Origin: Klebsormidium nitens
Taxonomy: Eukaryota; Plantae; Klebsormidiophyceae
Length of the DNA stretch: 64,000 nt
NCBI GenBank assembly: GCA_000708835.1
Contig: DF237059.1
Location: 1-64,000, forward strand
Reading direction: 5' to 3'
This document shows, one piece after another, positions 49,301-62,200 of this stretch. The notes under the pieces are model-generated. The model saw only the letters and a program-made list of their open reading frames with translations, was not told the origin of the DNA and searched no databases. The position numbers and the translations under genes are program-made. The first letter of the stretch is position 1; the number at the start of each line of letters is the position of its first letter.

Positions 49301-49872
49301 GTTCATGCTCTTGGTCTAAAACTAGTTCAGGGTTTCAACGGAGACTTACAGCCGTGGCCTTCGACATGCAGATCCTTGTTATGAGACGTGCTGAGGAGTA
49401 GACCAATGTGCTGAAGCTCCGACCTAATTCTGGAATTGGTTAATGGAAACGCGTCGAAAGACAGGTTCAAGGCCAGCTCCTGCAGCCGACGTTAAAGATG
49501 ATTCCATTATCATAGAAAGTTGCAGAAGTTGAAAGATTCATCCATTCGCAGCCAATCGTTTGAGGTGCCAAACTGAGAAGAGGTCAGCTGATGTCTCCTT
49601 GCGACAAGTTGCTTGTGCAACAGATATGGAAGGAATTATCTTATACCTGCATTGAGGATGGTAGCTCGACGCACCTGAACGAATCGAGTCTCTTCTTGAA
49701 GCAGACCCCTGATCACTCTTCTCAAGTCGTCACAATTTAGATTTTTCTCCGCCTCGACGCTGCATTCAGCATCAAATGGATCAGTAGTCAGCGGCTCTCT
49801 GCTCAAAGTGCGTCTATGGTTCATGGTGTAGCTTCTCTTCACAAACTCTTTCTGTCGCAGCGAAGCTGACAC
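46343..49872 (-). CDS. Hypothetical multi-exon protein: N-terminal folded region, long acidic/Ser-rich linker, C-terminal beta-rich domain
   Basis: Consistent exons ~48748-49013, ~47487-48537, ~46964-47277, a microexon ~46635-46662 and a terminal exon 46343-46524. 5' exons are only partly resolved and no family was recognised with confidence. Confidence 0.55.
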
Positions 49873-51165
49873 TCCTAGGCGCCTTGTCTTCGTGCGGCCA
49901 TCAGAAGGATAGAGGGTGGCCTCACTTTACAGGAGGCAAAATAATGCTTTACAGAAGGGCCGGGCCGGGCCGTGAGCTAAGATGTGCAAAGGCGAAGAAG
50001 AAGCATAATGAAACGGCTTGCAATGTAATCTACAATCTGCCCTCAACCTGCCCTCGACCTGCCCTCTGATGCCGCGCATTCTGTAGACCAAGCCGCCTCA
50101 CACAGAAGTATCTAGGCCATCCGATTGGTCCGATTCGGCATCTAACGGCCCAAATCCAAAAAAGGAGGAGATCGAAGGCGTTGAAGTCAATTGTTAATAG
50201 GCGGCCGCCGCCTATTGACACAAGCCAGGCTGGCCGGGGCAGCTTGAAATCCCTGCAAGACGAGGGCACACTAGGTGTCTTTCTTCCCTTCACAAAGAGG
50301 CAGACAGGCAGCTCTGTCAGGATTATATAGTGGACAACATCTCTGCGATATAGTTGCTCAGCATAATTCTCACCCAGCTTATCAAGTGCAAAGGCGATTT
50401 TCAGGATGCAATACACTCCGTTGGCCGGATTCATCCACCGTGCATGCCCTTGCGGCATACTTCTAGCTAGATCAAGGGCGGCACCTTTTCTCTTCTATAA
50501 GAGCATATCATTTAACTGCATCATTGCATGCATGGCGGTTCAATACAATCCTCTGCTTATCGATACAAACAAGTTGGAGCCGTTAATTATACACGGAGGC
50601 TCGTCGGACATCGGATCGATCGGATTTGACCAGAAGCGCACGTACAAACATACATTCCAAAATTTCTTATCGTTCTTAGATACATGACGATCACAGCGAG
50701 CGACCGGACACGTTGTATCACATGGGCGGCCGCCATATTATACACGTGCGGTCACCGTCGAAACTGGTGTAAAGAGTAGGCCACGTCCTATTGGCGACTT
50801 TTCGAGTCCGTCGCCTGTATCGCACCTGATTAAGAGTGGCAGCCGCACACGCATGCACATCATTGCAAAGCCATGACTGGGCCAGTAAACGAACATTCAC
50901 TAGAAATTCGAAACAAAAGTCCGACTTCAACCTTAAAATCCTAGATATGCGGCCCAATCTCGCCTCCGGATCATCATCTTAGTCTAGCTGTAGACATAAT
51001 TCACGCTTGCAACTGTTCTGAAGGGAGAAACTTTCATTTTTCCTCGCCCCACAACGGGATCCAATTTGATAAAATCTCGATCTCTAAGCTCGAAGACCGG
51101 GATCGGCATTCAATATGACATTGAACGTGGTGATCTCAACGAGCCGCACCTGAATCTGCGATTCA

Positions 51166-54100
51166 CTAATCCTTCCCTCGTCCCCCAACTTTTTCATCGT
51201 GCATCCACTCAAAATAATCACAGCAACCCCCTCCCGTGATTGTCCACTTCCCGCAAGAGTAGAACGCCTGCCCGTGCGTCGGGCCGGGCTTCTTCACCGT
51301 CCGCTTTTTCCTCTTCACCCCGCAGTGGCACCTCTCCCCCGACCCCTTCCCCGGTTCTTTCCCCCGAGCGTTACTGTCCGCCTGAACCAACGGCCGCTTC
51401 TTCAAGACCCGTTCAATCTTGCTCCCGTCAGCAGCGTATATCTTGAAAGAATCGGTGATGCTTAGCAGGCCCCCTTGCCGGATCAGCGCCGCGGCTAGTC
51501 GCGCGGTGTTGGTGGCGTCATCCAGTCCCGAGTGCTCGCGGCCCTCCCACGTGACGCCGGCATATGTCACGTGGCCCCTCAGGCCGTGACACGTGCCCTT
51601 CGCTTTGGGGAAGACCTTTGCGAACGGGTGCTTCAGATTGACCCATCTGCGGAGAATGAAACAGATCAAATCGTTTTATCGCAGTATATCAGAGGCGGCT
51701 GAGCACGCTCACAGACTTTCTCGGCGGAAAGATGCTTCTCAACAGGGAAGGAGCAAACCGGCGCTAACGACGACGCACAGCGATTGTTGACCGATGCCTT
51801 TTGCTACAAGAAGAGAAGGGCGAAAAAGGAAAAGGGATGGGACTGGACACGACTTTCGATTGGCACAGTGCATCAAGGCTGCAGAGAAAAAGCTTCGTGC
51901 TGCTTCGAGCATCTGTGTCGGCATTGAGCACCACCAAACACATTCAACCAGAGCTCGACTACGCTGACTTGTGATTACAAAGTTGCGAACGAGAGTAAAG
52001 TTGTCTGCGCGCTTCTGCGTGTTGCCAGGCAGAATGAGCTCGTCAACCTAGAAATACTGAAGAGTCGAAAACGGTAGTCGGGGAACTCACTGGTTGAAGT
52101 ACGCCGGCTTCTGTATCCGCTTCCATTTGCATTCCATTTCCAACATCACCTGCAAAGATGGGGGCGGCGTCCTTGCCTACGGACACGTGGCGGAGCCGCC
52201 ACATGACTAACGACCCTGCCCAACAGACGTTTCCCGTTCGTCACCATTCGACATGAGATTTCAAGTCAGGAGCCCACGCTAAGCGGACGTGTCCAGACAT
52301 GAACTCCGCCCTTTTTCCGGACAAAATTCTTCATGATCATCTTCTTTGAAAGAGCTGTTTCGAACTCCTGAGGTAACCGCTTGGGACAGAAATATGTCAT
52401 ATCCAGAGAGCACTCGGCTGAGATGCTCACGGCATTAGAGCAGCAGATTTAGAAGAACCTAGCGTAGATAGTCGGAAGGCTGATTGAGAAGAAGTAATTC
52501 GACATGGCCGTCACCTTGCAGTCCCAGTCAGTCCACGTGACGACAGCGAAGCGGTTGGGCTTATCCAGGAGGTTCTTGCTTCTGAGCCACGTGTCGTGCT
52601 CCTGAAGGGCCTCCCGCAGACTCAGCCCCGAATCAACCTGAAAGCAGCGAGGAAGTTGAACTAGAAGTCAAGTTCATCATAAAAGACCAGAGTATACGCG
52701 CGAGCAGCGAGCGGAAAAGGTTCGAACCATCTATTGCCGGGTCTAGCTTTGGTTTGACCTTATCGTGAGCACGCAGGGAACGTCTCAAACAGGCTCCAGT
52801 ACATTTTATAATCACGTGGCATTTGAAAAGGTGAACAGGACGGAGAGTGTGCCTCTGGGTGTCGACAGGCTCATGCAGGCTGTAGAAAGTCCCTGTCTCT
52901 ACAAACGTGCCAACTGCTCCGGCCTTGAAATGATTATCGCACTGTCAGTGGACGGAACCAGTCCGGAACCAGCGGAACAACCTTCTACTCTGGTCGCAAC
53001 AGGAAGTAACGAACGAGCAGAACGAAGTTACAAACGAGGAAGAGGCTAAAAGCACACAAGTCTCAGCACGACGGACCTGCTCTTGCCGGATGCCCGTGAA
53101 GCGAGTGCAAAAGGGCGTCAGCGTAGAGTGGACCTCCGGACGGCAGAACACGCGAAAGGAGTCCTCGATGCGGAGCGTGCGCGCGTTCAGGAGCACGGAC
53201 GGGAACTCGATGATCTCCTGCGATTCTGCGAGTAGAGCAACGAGCGGGGCTCAGAGGCAAGAAGCAAGGAGGTGGGAAAGATTAGGCATGTTGCGTATCC
53301 AAGGGAGGAGACTGTCCGCTTAAAGAGGGACTGAAGTAAACAGAGCTGGGAAGGAGAGTCTAAGTAGTAGTGAGAACGATGGGCAGGTATTCCGTTAAAC
53401 GGCTCGACATATCACCAGAAATTCATTCGACGTTTAGAAAAGGGCTCCAATATGCAACAGAGGCCCACTTGTTTCAGAAACCCAGGGCCAGCTGATTGCT
53501 TTCGAAGAGTACTCTTATTTGGACGAGGTTAAAGAGGGTATGCTCAGTCAACTCTAATGATGTAAATCGGCCGTTTGTGCCTGATCGTGCAGAGGAAGAG
53601 GACTTCTTCTTCAAATATGAGAGACTCTTCGATAGAATAGACGTTGGCGGGCCTCAGCACAAACACCACGGCATCTCTACGACAAAACGCATCGATGCAT
53701 ATTGATTCTTACCCCCATCGAAGTCAAACTGCAAGGTCTTCGAAAAGACCAGAACATCTCACCTATCGTTGTTACATTGTCGCAGGTGCACTCGAAGTCG
53801 ATCACCAGAAAGTAGTCAAAGACCTGCAAGAGCATGTAAAGATTCATCATCTCTCGAGTTTTTTGGACGCTTGACAAATACTGCCTCAAAAGGATACTCG
53901 GCGTGGTCGAGAACTGGATTTACACGTCTAAAGTGGTGGCTTGAAGCCACTGATGACGTGCAGCTGACTTACGTTTCATCCAGGTACGCAAGATGAAAGA
54001 TGTTCCAACACGTCAGAGGCAACACAATAAGAGGGAACAGGAGGAATGAGAAAGGGGGCTTCAAGATTTTATTGAGCAGGACGTCATTGGGCCGTCAAGG

Positions 54101-55535
54101 CAAGAAGCGGATTAACTAACAAAAGAATCCACTAGAAGGCGGATACAGCATTATCTGCCACTTTCCACTTCACAAGAGGTGGGCCTCACCTGCCGAGGCC
54201 ATCGCAAGAACGGCCCCTTCCTGCTGGCTCGTTTTGCAGCCTCTGGGCTCGCTTGGCCCCCTCCTTCCCCCACTTTTATGCTCCCTGTCTTCTCAGCCTC
54301 CCTGTTTTCGACGACATCAAAGATACTCCTACCGTCTGTTCTGCTGCCATTGGCAGGGGCCCCATCCACACCTAAAGAAGCGGCTCCCTCGCTGACGCCC
54401 CTCGCCGCAAGCCCCGCAGTTGCAAAAGCCTCTAGAGCACTGTTTGCTGCCCCAACAGGGATGGGCCGTTCAGGGCCCAACAATGCGTCACCTCCCGAGA
54501 CCCCTGTGAGAGGCGGGCCATCATTTCTAACCTCTAATGACGCTGCCTGCGCCGCCAGGCTGTTCAGGGTCATGTGAGGGGGCTCTGCCAAAGACTTTCT
54601 AAAAGCGCAGGGGGTCAAAGTTTCGCAGAGCCGCAAGCCGTCAGCTGTTTGGGCACCATGTCCTGGGGGGAAAGCCGTGTAATTGTCCCCGCAATCAAGT
54701 CCATTGACATTTTTGGCTGTGTTTCCCAGTCCAAAACTCAGGTACTGGCCCCTCTTCGTTGCTAAGACCTGGGTGCGGTCTTCTCCTTGCGGGCTAACTT
54801 GCAGTTGAGCAGTGGGGAGAACATGGGCCCTCTGATCAGGCAAGTGTGTGGTTGCTGCGGTCGCGGTTTGTGGGAGGGAGGCTTGTGCCGCCCACGCAAC
54901 GAGCCCCCGGGCCTTCGCAAGCCGGGCAAGAGCAGCCGCTTTGTTGCGAGCTATACGGTCTGCAAAGGATGCAAAAGCACCAAGATGAGATCAGAGAGTG
55001 CCATCCCTGGAAGGAGCAGCAACAAGAAGTCTGCCTTTAAGACCTGCAATTGGAATGACAATATCAGTTGCTGAGGGAGAGTGTGATGGAGCCAAAGACA
55101 GCGTGTGTCTCTAGTGGCCCTATGATTGGAGCACGTATAAGTCAGAGCCAGTGGCGAGAGAAAGGGCCTGACAGGTGGCAGTTTTCAACAGGTGTCAGCA
55201 GGGGGCCCACATCACAAATGCAAGACACGATGCTGTAACACACATCACTTTGATTCTGGGCCGCCTTTCAGACCTTGGAAATGAGAATTTGACAAATAAA
55301 TGTTCCACCACATGCCCATCGCACAACCATAATACTCAAAAAGTGCCAGCTGTCATGTTTCCCCCAATTGGTTTCTCAAAAGTATTCAGGGCAATTGTGC
55401 GCCTGAGAAAAAGCAGAAGTCGCCGATTGCTGAAGCGCAATCACACCGACCAAAACGATCAGGGCTGAATAACTTCAGCAAGCGCTTACCAATCTGTTCT
55501 TGTGTCAATGACGTGGTTGCAGCTAAGCCCTCCAT
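51166..55535 (-). CDS. ERI1/ERI2-family DEDDh 3'-5' exoribonuclease with C-terminal GRF zinc finger
   Basis: FLVIDFECTC, EIIEFPSVLL, FCRPEVHSTLTPFCTRFTGI, AVVTWTDWDC, WEGREHSGLDDATNTARL, then CHCG..VKKPGPTHGQAFYSCG..CDYFEW. Start codon tentative (MEGLAATT). Confidence 0.85.
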
Positions 55536-56293
55536 TGCATCGTTGTTCTCAGTTAAGAGAGAGTCTCTGTCCTGCTTGCTCCTGCCCAATCAACGGTCAA
55601 TGCCATCACGGCATTCAAAGTTCAAAGAGAATGTAGAACTGTCACGGTAATCGGGGTCTCCATGTCACCTGACACCCTGTGGCCCATGTGGAATGGGCGA
55701 AGACAAGCCACCGGTGTAGGTAGTTGGAAGAGGAACTCAGGAAGGTGACCGTGACGGTGAAGCAAGGTAGCCTGATACTGTGATAGGTAAGCTGCATTTC
55801 CTGGCTTCATTAGAGGCCGTTGATGATGTACATATATCATCGGACGGATACAATTGCGCTCCGAAGAATCTCGGAAGAACTCATCGACGGTTCACGTTTC
55901 GCAGTACAATGACGTGGCTTCAGATCACCTGATCATGAAGGGGAGAAATCACAAACTGAAAATCAGAAAAGCAAAATGGTGCTGACCAATTTTGCCAGAG
56001 AGCTCTGCAAAGTGGATGCTGCTTTGCCATTGGCTTCCCTTCAAAGCAAAGCCTGAGTTTTCAGTAGACAAGGGCACTCTACTGGCATCGCACTCGACCA
56101 GACGCTAGGCATCATTGGGCAGCCTGCGGTTGCGATACGCCAGTCAGAGGCTGTTGGCCCAGTTGATGGCGCATTTCAATAGCTATTGCTTCAGATAGAA
56201 ATCTAGTTTCTTGAGTTTCAAGAGCGGTTGGTGGTCTTTCCAAAGATGCGTGCAAGCCATTGAAATCTCCACCAGAGCCAGAAGAAGCTCAAA

Positions 56294-59200
56294 ATGATGG
56301 CTTGTACCTCAGGCTTCTTGCAAGGGGCAGAGGTGCAATCGCTTACGATTCCCAATCGTCAGAGCATTGAGCGGTGCTTGAGCTCACTCAACAAGCCCTA
56401 TCCTTTTAGAAAGTACTTGCAAAGCACCGATAGCGTTGGGCAACTTTTAAGACTATCTGCCACCACTTCGCCTTATTCCCAAGGATTTTCCAGACGGTCT
56501 GATGTCACAGTACGAGCTGTGACGTCGGCGCCCCCTGGGGCGCCTTCAAATGACACTTCAAATGCCACGCCGATGCGACCATCTTTAGCCAAGGCCATGA
56601 GGTCTATAAGTAGACAGAAACAGAAGTATCAGCAGGCAGAGTTGAATCAGATTCAGAGGCAAGAACTAGTGCGGACAAAGGAAAAGGCGAGAATAAGCGA
56701 TGACAGGCTGGCTGAGGGTTTGGGGGACTGGAAAAGGGGTTGGCCGGGAGGGGAGAAGGGGCTGAATGATTGGGTGAACGCATTGGAGCTGAACAGCGAG
56801 GCCAACTGGGAGATAATGAAAGAGTAAGTTCGTCACATTAAAGTCTGCTAGAAACTTTTTGACGGTGCATTTCTATCCTTTCTTCACTGTCTCCCCTGAA
56901 CAATCATCCTTGTAGAGCTCTTCAAAACTGATGGGGGAGGAATGCGCAGTTGTAACTTTGATGAGTACAATAATGCGTGCAGAATTATCACTCAATGACT
57001 AACTTGAAAGTGATGTGCATAAATATAAAAGAGTCTGGGGTTTGCTTCAATGTATTGTTCAATATACTCTTGGTCTCACTTGTAGCTAGCTCACAATGTC
57101 TGTTGTGAGGTCGTCGCCCTCTGTAAGGCAATCAGCTGCAGTCGGACATTCTGTTTGAACAGTTGACTGTTTCGAGGTTTACAACAATGTGGGACAATAG
57201 AATCTACTCGAGTCCTCAAGGGTTCTGTTCCTGGAGTATATGAAGAAGTCTGGTAATTTCGTCATTGATCAGAGCGGTGTGAAACCCCACACCAGTCAAG
57301 CCCCTGGTTGACGAAGCAATCCGGCTGTTCCCACAGATACGACCCAGAGAAACTAGCGCGAGTCATGGCGGAAAAACCGGGCCAAGTCAGCGCAAGGGCC
57401 CTCAAGATCGTGACTGTGCTGACACAGTTTGCAAGCGCCATCCTCCTGGACAAGCAGGTGGGACTGATTTCTCCGGCTCTAGTTTGTTAAAGAACAGTAG
57501 GCACTTGTTGAAAGCCTTCATAAACTCAAAAGTCTGTCAACCCTTGCCTTTTAATGCTCAATGAGTGAATGATGTTGGAGCTTGACAGGGTCTGGGAAGT
57601 ATGGAGGAAGAGAAAAGGTCGGTTCTGCAGAGAGGCACTTCAAGCTGGAAAGGCAAGGGTTGACCAACTTTTGGGATCTTGAAGGATCCATTCATGCTGT
57701 GCATTACAAGGGACATCCGACTTTCCAGGGTCAAGGTTCGAAGTCCCACTAGATTTAAGAGTCAGATGGAGAATACGAGCGAAGCTATTTCTGACAAGCT
57801 GCAATCCATCATGACTCTGCTTCTGACATCTTTACTGGTTAAGTGTGCTTTTTCAAAAGGCCAGAGGAGGCAAGCCCAGCTTCTGCACTCCCCGCAGTTC
57901 TTGGTCAGGGGCCCTCAAACTCATATTTTCTGACGCCATCTCTGACGCCATGCTCTCACGCAACGATTTCGAGTCCCTTCAGAAAGCAAAAAGGGGAGAA
58001 TTCTGGGGCGGAAAGTTGCAAAGGGGAGGTCTCGAGTTTCTAATCTGCACCCTTTCAACTTACCTTTCCTTTTACTTTCCCACCACCTCGGTTGCCCGGG
58101 TGTTCTATTTGCACCGCCACTGATCATGGAGAACGTTTGAATCTGAAAACTCGACCTCTTCGTGCCTCTCGCCGGATGACACATACTTGGCTCTGCAGAC
58201 TGGCAACCTGAAGAAGAACGCGCGGTTACGAGCCCGAAACCTGCGCAAGGCGTTGACAGAGCTGGGACCGTCTTTTGTCAAGGTGAGGGGCAGTACGAAT
58301 TGCGACCTTGCGCACCCAGATTTGCGAATGCTGTTGCGCAGTCTGCACTAACAAAGGTTAGTTGGTTGCATCTTGGAGAGCTTGGAAGGACGAACAGTAG
58401 TCTATTATGGGGAATGTACCGCTCATTTGCCGCATCCTGCTCCACGACTTCTACTGTCCAAGCCACAGGTAAAAGTTTTTCACAAAGTCCTTCCGATACA
58501 CGAGCAGTCCCAGGAACCGACCTTTCTGCATGGCCAACGAGGTCACTGTTCAGGTCCGCCTTAACAGAATTCACCCTCTCCTCTTGCCTTCGTCAGTCTT
58601 ACAGTTGTCCGACTCAGCGAGTCATGTACATCTGACACTGTTCTTCGCCCTACTGGCTCCTCGTGTATGAAGAAAACATGTGTTTGAACCTTTTCGGATT
58701 TCAGGTCGGGCAGTCGCTGTCGGCCCGCCCCGACATCTGCCCCCCCGAGTACCTGGAGGAGTTTTCAGAATTGCAAGATCGGATACCCTCCTTCCCCACG
58801 CGGATAGCGTTTGCGCTCATCGAACAGGAGCTTGAACGAAGGGTGAGCTTCCCTTGTCGCTTCTCGACGTCCTCGACTGATCGAAGTCGTTCCTGATGTA
58901 CGTGGCTTTCCTTTTCCCTGTCTCATATGTTTTTCTCGATCGTCGTTTCTGTTAGCCCTCAGAATTTTCCCTCCTCTAGGAGTTTCATCTGAGATATTTT
59001 ATTTGGAGGGATTAAGCAATTACGTAGAGAGCTTTCCGGACGTTGTTAACCCTCTCTGCTTGACAAAGTTCTTCGAATGTTTCTGTTGGAGCCAACTTCA
59101 AGCGCATCTGCAACCTGAACACAGTCGATGTCAAGAAACCTCCTCTGCTTTTACGAACAATCCTTGAGGAGTTTACTGATTGCCTTATCAACTAGAGACA

Positions 59201-62200
59201 GAACCTGCTTACCGCTCTTCCTTCCCCTTTTCCCTTCCGCCCTCTCGCTTCGGATTTGTCATCTGTGGAGCTCCAGGTTTTCTAAAAGTTGACAAAATTT
59301 TGAGCTCAGTCTTAGGAAAGTCTTTCAGGATCGTCAAAGAAGTTCACAAACATCTTGAAAGAGCTCCTTCTGATCACGTTAAAAACGTTTTCACCGAGAT
59401 CTCGCTCACGCAATTGCCAGGGTAGTGGCGAAGGCGATTCGTCCGATGAGAGACTCCCTACAACTCAATGCCACTAGCGCGTGTTCCAATGCGACGCCCT
59501 TTCTAAAGAACTCTAGAAGATCCAAAACACAGTCCATTTGTGTCAGGTTGAGGACACCTTCAGCGAGATCTCGCCCGCGCCGGTCGCGGCGGCCAGCCTG
59601 GGCCAAGTCTACCAAATGTCGAGAGCTCCACAAAACCTCTGAAAAGTTGACAAACCCCTGAGCACCGTCTCAGGAAAGCCTTCCAGGATTCTTAGAAAGA
59701 CACTCAAACGTGACTGAAAAGGAGCCCTATTCTCTAGGCGGAGGACATCTTGAGCGAGATTTCGCTTACGCAATCACCAGATCAGTGGTAAAGACAGAAT
59801 GTCAGAGGCATGACGAGCCGTCCATCGAGGAATCTCAAGACCCGGATGCCACTAGCGCGTTTCTGACCCGACGCTCTTCTTGTAGAAACATAGGAACCAT
59901 AGAAATTGTTGAAAACATCCGGAACGGAGTCCCTTTTTCCCAGGTGGAGGATATTTTCAGCGAGATCTCGCCCGCGCCCGTCGCGGCGGCTAGCCTGGGC
60001 CAAGTCTACAAGGCCCGCCTGCGCGCCACCGGCGAAGTCGTCGCCGTCAAAGTGCAGCGCCCGAGCATTGGCGACAGCATCGCGCTCGACATGTTCCTGG
60101 TCCGGAAAGCCGCCACGTGGCTCGACCAGAAGACCGAGATTTTGACCACCGATTTAGTTCCCCTCGTGGACGAGTTTGCAAAGCGGCTATTCGGCGAGCT
60201 TGACTACGTGGCGGAAGGGCACAACGCGGAGCGCTTCCAGGCGCTCTACGGGGGGCTGCCACGTGTCAAGGTTCCGCGGATACATTGGGAGTACGTGTCG
60301 AGGAGAGTGTTGGTTATGGAGTGGATCGACGGGGTTAAGCTAACCGACGAAGTGGGGATGGCGGCGCGCGGGTTAGCGGTAACGGATTTCGTGGATGTCG
60401 GGATCGAGTGCAGCTTGCGGCAGCTGTTGGAGCATGGGTACTTCCATGCGGACCCCCACCCAGGTGCGAACGCTTTGGCTGACGTCAGTATGCTCTTTGT
60501 TAACTTCAGCATGCTCGTGCGACGTTTACCGTTGAAAATCCGAGTTGCGAGAAGAAACTGGTTCTTTTGCGGGTAAGCATACCTGTACGCAGACCACAGT
60601 CGGGAAGAGGCAAAGGCTACGACGTCAAGGGTTCCTGCTAATGACGACAGCATCGTGTGGTAGCGGGTCCTCAAGCTGTGGCTTCAAGCGGGCAGAGCAC
60701 GGCTTTTCCGCTTGGAGTCGAATTGCCCACTGTCTTCGCCAAGATGCTGAATATGTTCTTGAAATAGACTGGTGAAAGAACACATCGATGGACAATGTCT
60801 TCGACGTCAATCTGAACAGGGAAGTCTTATGTTTTGCAGCATCTTGAATCGTATACCCAATGCCGGGCAGAACTTCGTGAACTGTCTCTGGTGCGTATGC
60901 TGTTTCAGACCTTGACGATCTCCGTCAGGGTCAGATGCTCGTACTATACAACTAGGTAGCTTTTTCGAATCATTGCGATCGCTTGTTAGCTGAATAGCTT
61001 TCCAATCATCGCGATCGCCCGTCATATGCAGGCAATCTGCTGGCGAGCTCCAGCGGCGAGCTCGTCTATCTGGATTTCGGCATGATGAGCGAAGCGCCAC
61101 AGTCCGCACGCTACGGGATCATGGAGCACATTGCGCACCTGGTGAATCGCGACTACGCAGCCATGGCCACCGACTACTACAAGCTAGACTTCCTGGCGCC
61201 GGTGAGAACGCGCCCGTCCTGGGCTCGAAGCGTTTGTTTCTTCTAAGATTTCTTGTATCTCCAAGAAGAAAGAAAGGAAGAAGAGAATCTCAGTAGAGGA
61301 ACCAAAAAAAGAAAAAGAAAAAGTGTTGTTTCTCAAAGAACCTTACGAAGGTCGAGCAAGTGCTGACGAGAACGTGCTGCGAGTGTGTATCCTGGTTTGG
61401 CAGATCACTCTCCAAGAAAGTTCGCGTTCATTCGTTGACGGCGGTGCAGTCGCACTAGGCTTGGTGGGACGGCTCTTTCAGGAATAGACACTGGGGCAGT
61501 CTACGGTGAAACCGTTATTCAACTGCCTCCGACTCGCATAAATGAAGCCGGGGACTTTTGTATTTTTGAGTCTTACTTGGGCAACACTTACCTAGCAACT
61601 CTTAGACCTAAACGCTGAATGGAATATACCTCAACTCACTCCTGTTTAAGCCCCCTGAAATTTTCACCCGCAAAACAGTAGTTTCCTGTGCAACTTATTT
61701 CTTTGTTTTGGTAACCCCCTCCCTCTTAACCCACCCGCAGAACGTTGACGTGGCGCCTATCGTGCCCGCCCTTGCCGGCTTCTTCGACACGGTGCTGGAC
61801 AAGTCCGTCTCGGAGCTCAACTTCAAGAGCATCGTCGACGGACTGGGGGCCGTTCTCTACGAGTTCCCGTTCAACGTGCCCGCGTACTATGCGCTCATCC
61901 TCCGCTCGCTGTCAGTGCTGGAGGGACTGGCGCTATACAGCGATCCGAATTACAAGGTGAGATTGAACTCATGAAAGATAATGCTAAGCCGAGATAGTAT
62001 TAAGGTAGTCGCACTGGGGCGGTTAGGGTTAATTTGTTGGTTAGGTGGGTATGGGTGCGGAGCAGTTATCTTTTCGGGTTATGCTTTTTGGTGTTAGTCG
62101 GAGCTCATTGTTATTATCTTGGCTTAATATTATCTTACTTGAGAACTATCAAGGTGGGGGTGGGGGGGATCTGAACTCAAGATGCTGGGGGTTCAAATTT

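Noticed and set aside
50030-50458. 142-aa minus-strand ORF upstream of the hypothetical gene
   Set aside because: Could not be spliced in frame to downstream exons; may be UTR.
62020-62040. ggttagggtt as an interstitial telomere repeat
   Set aside because: Only one or two units; explained as MITE interior.
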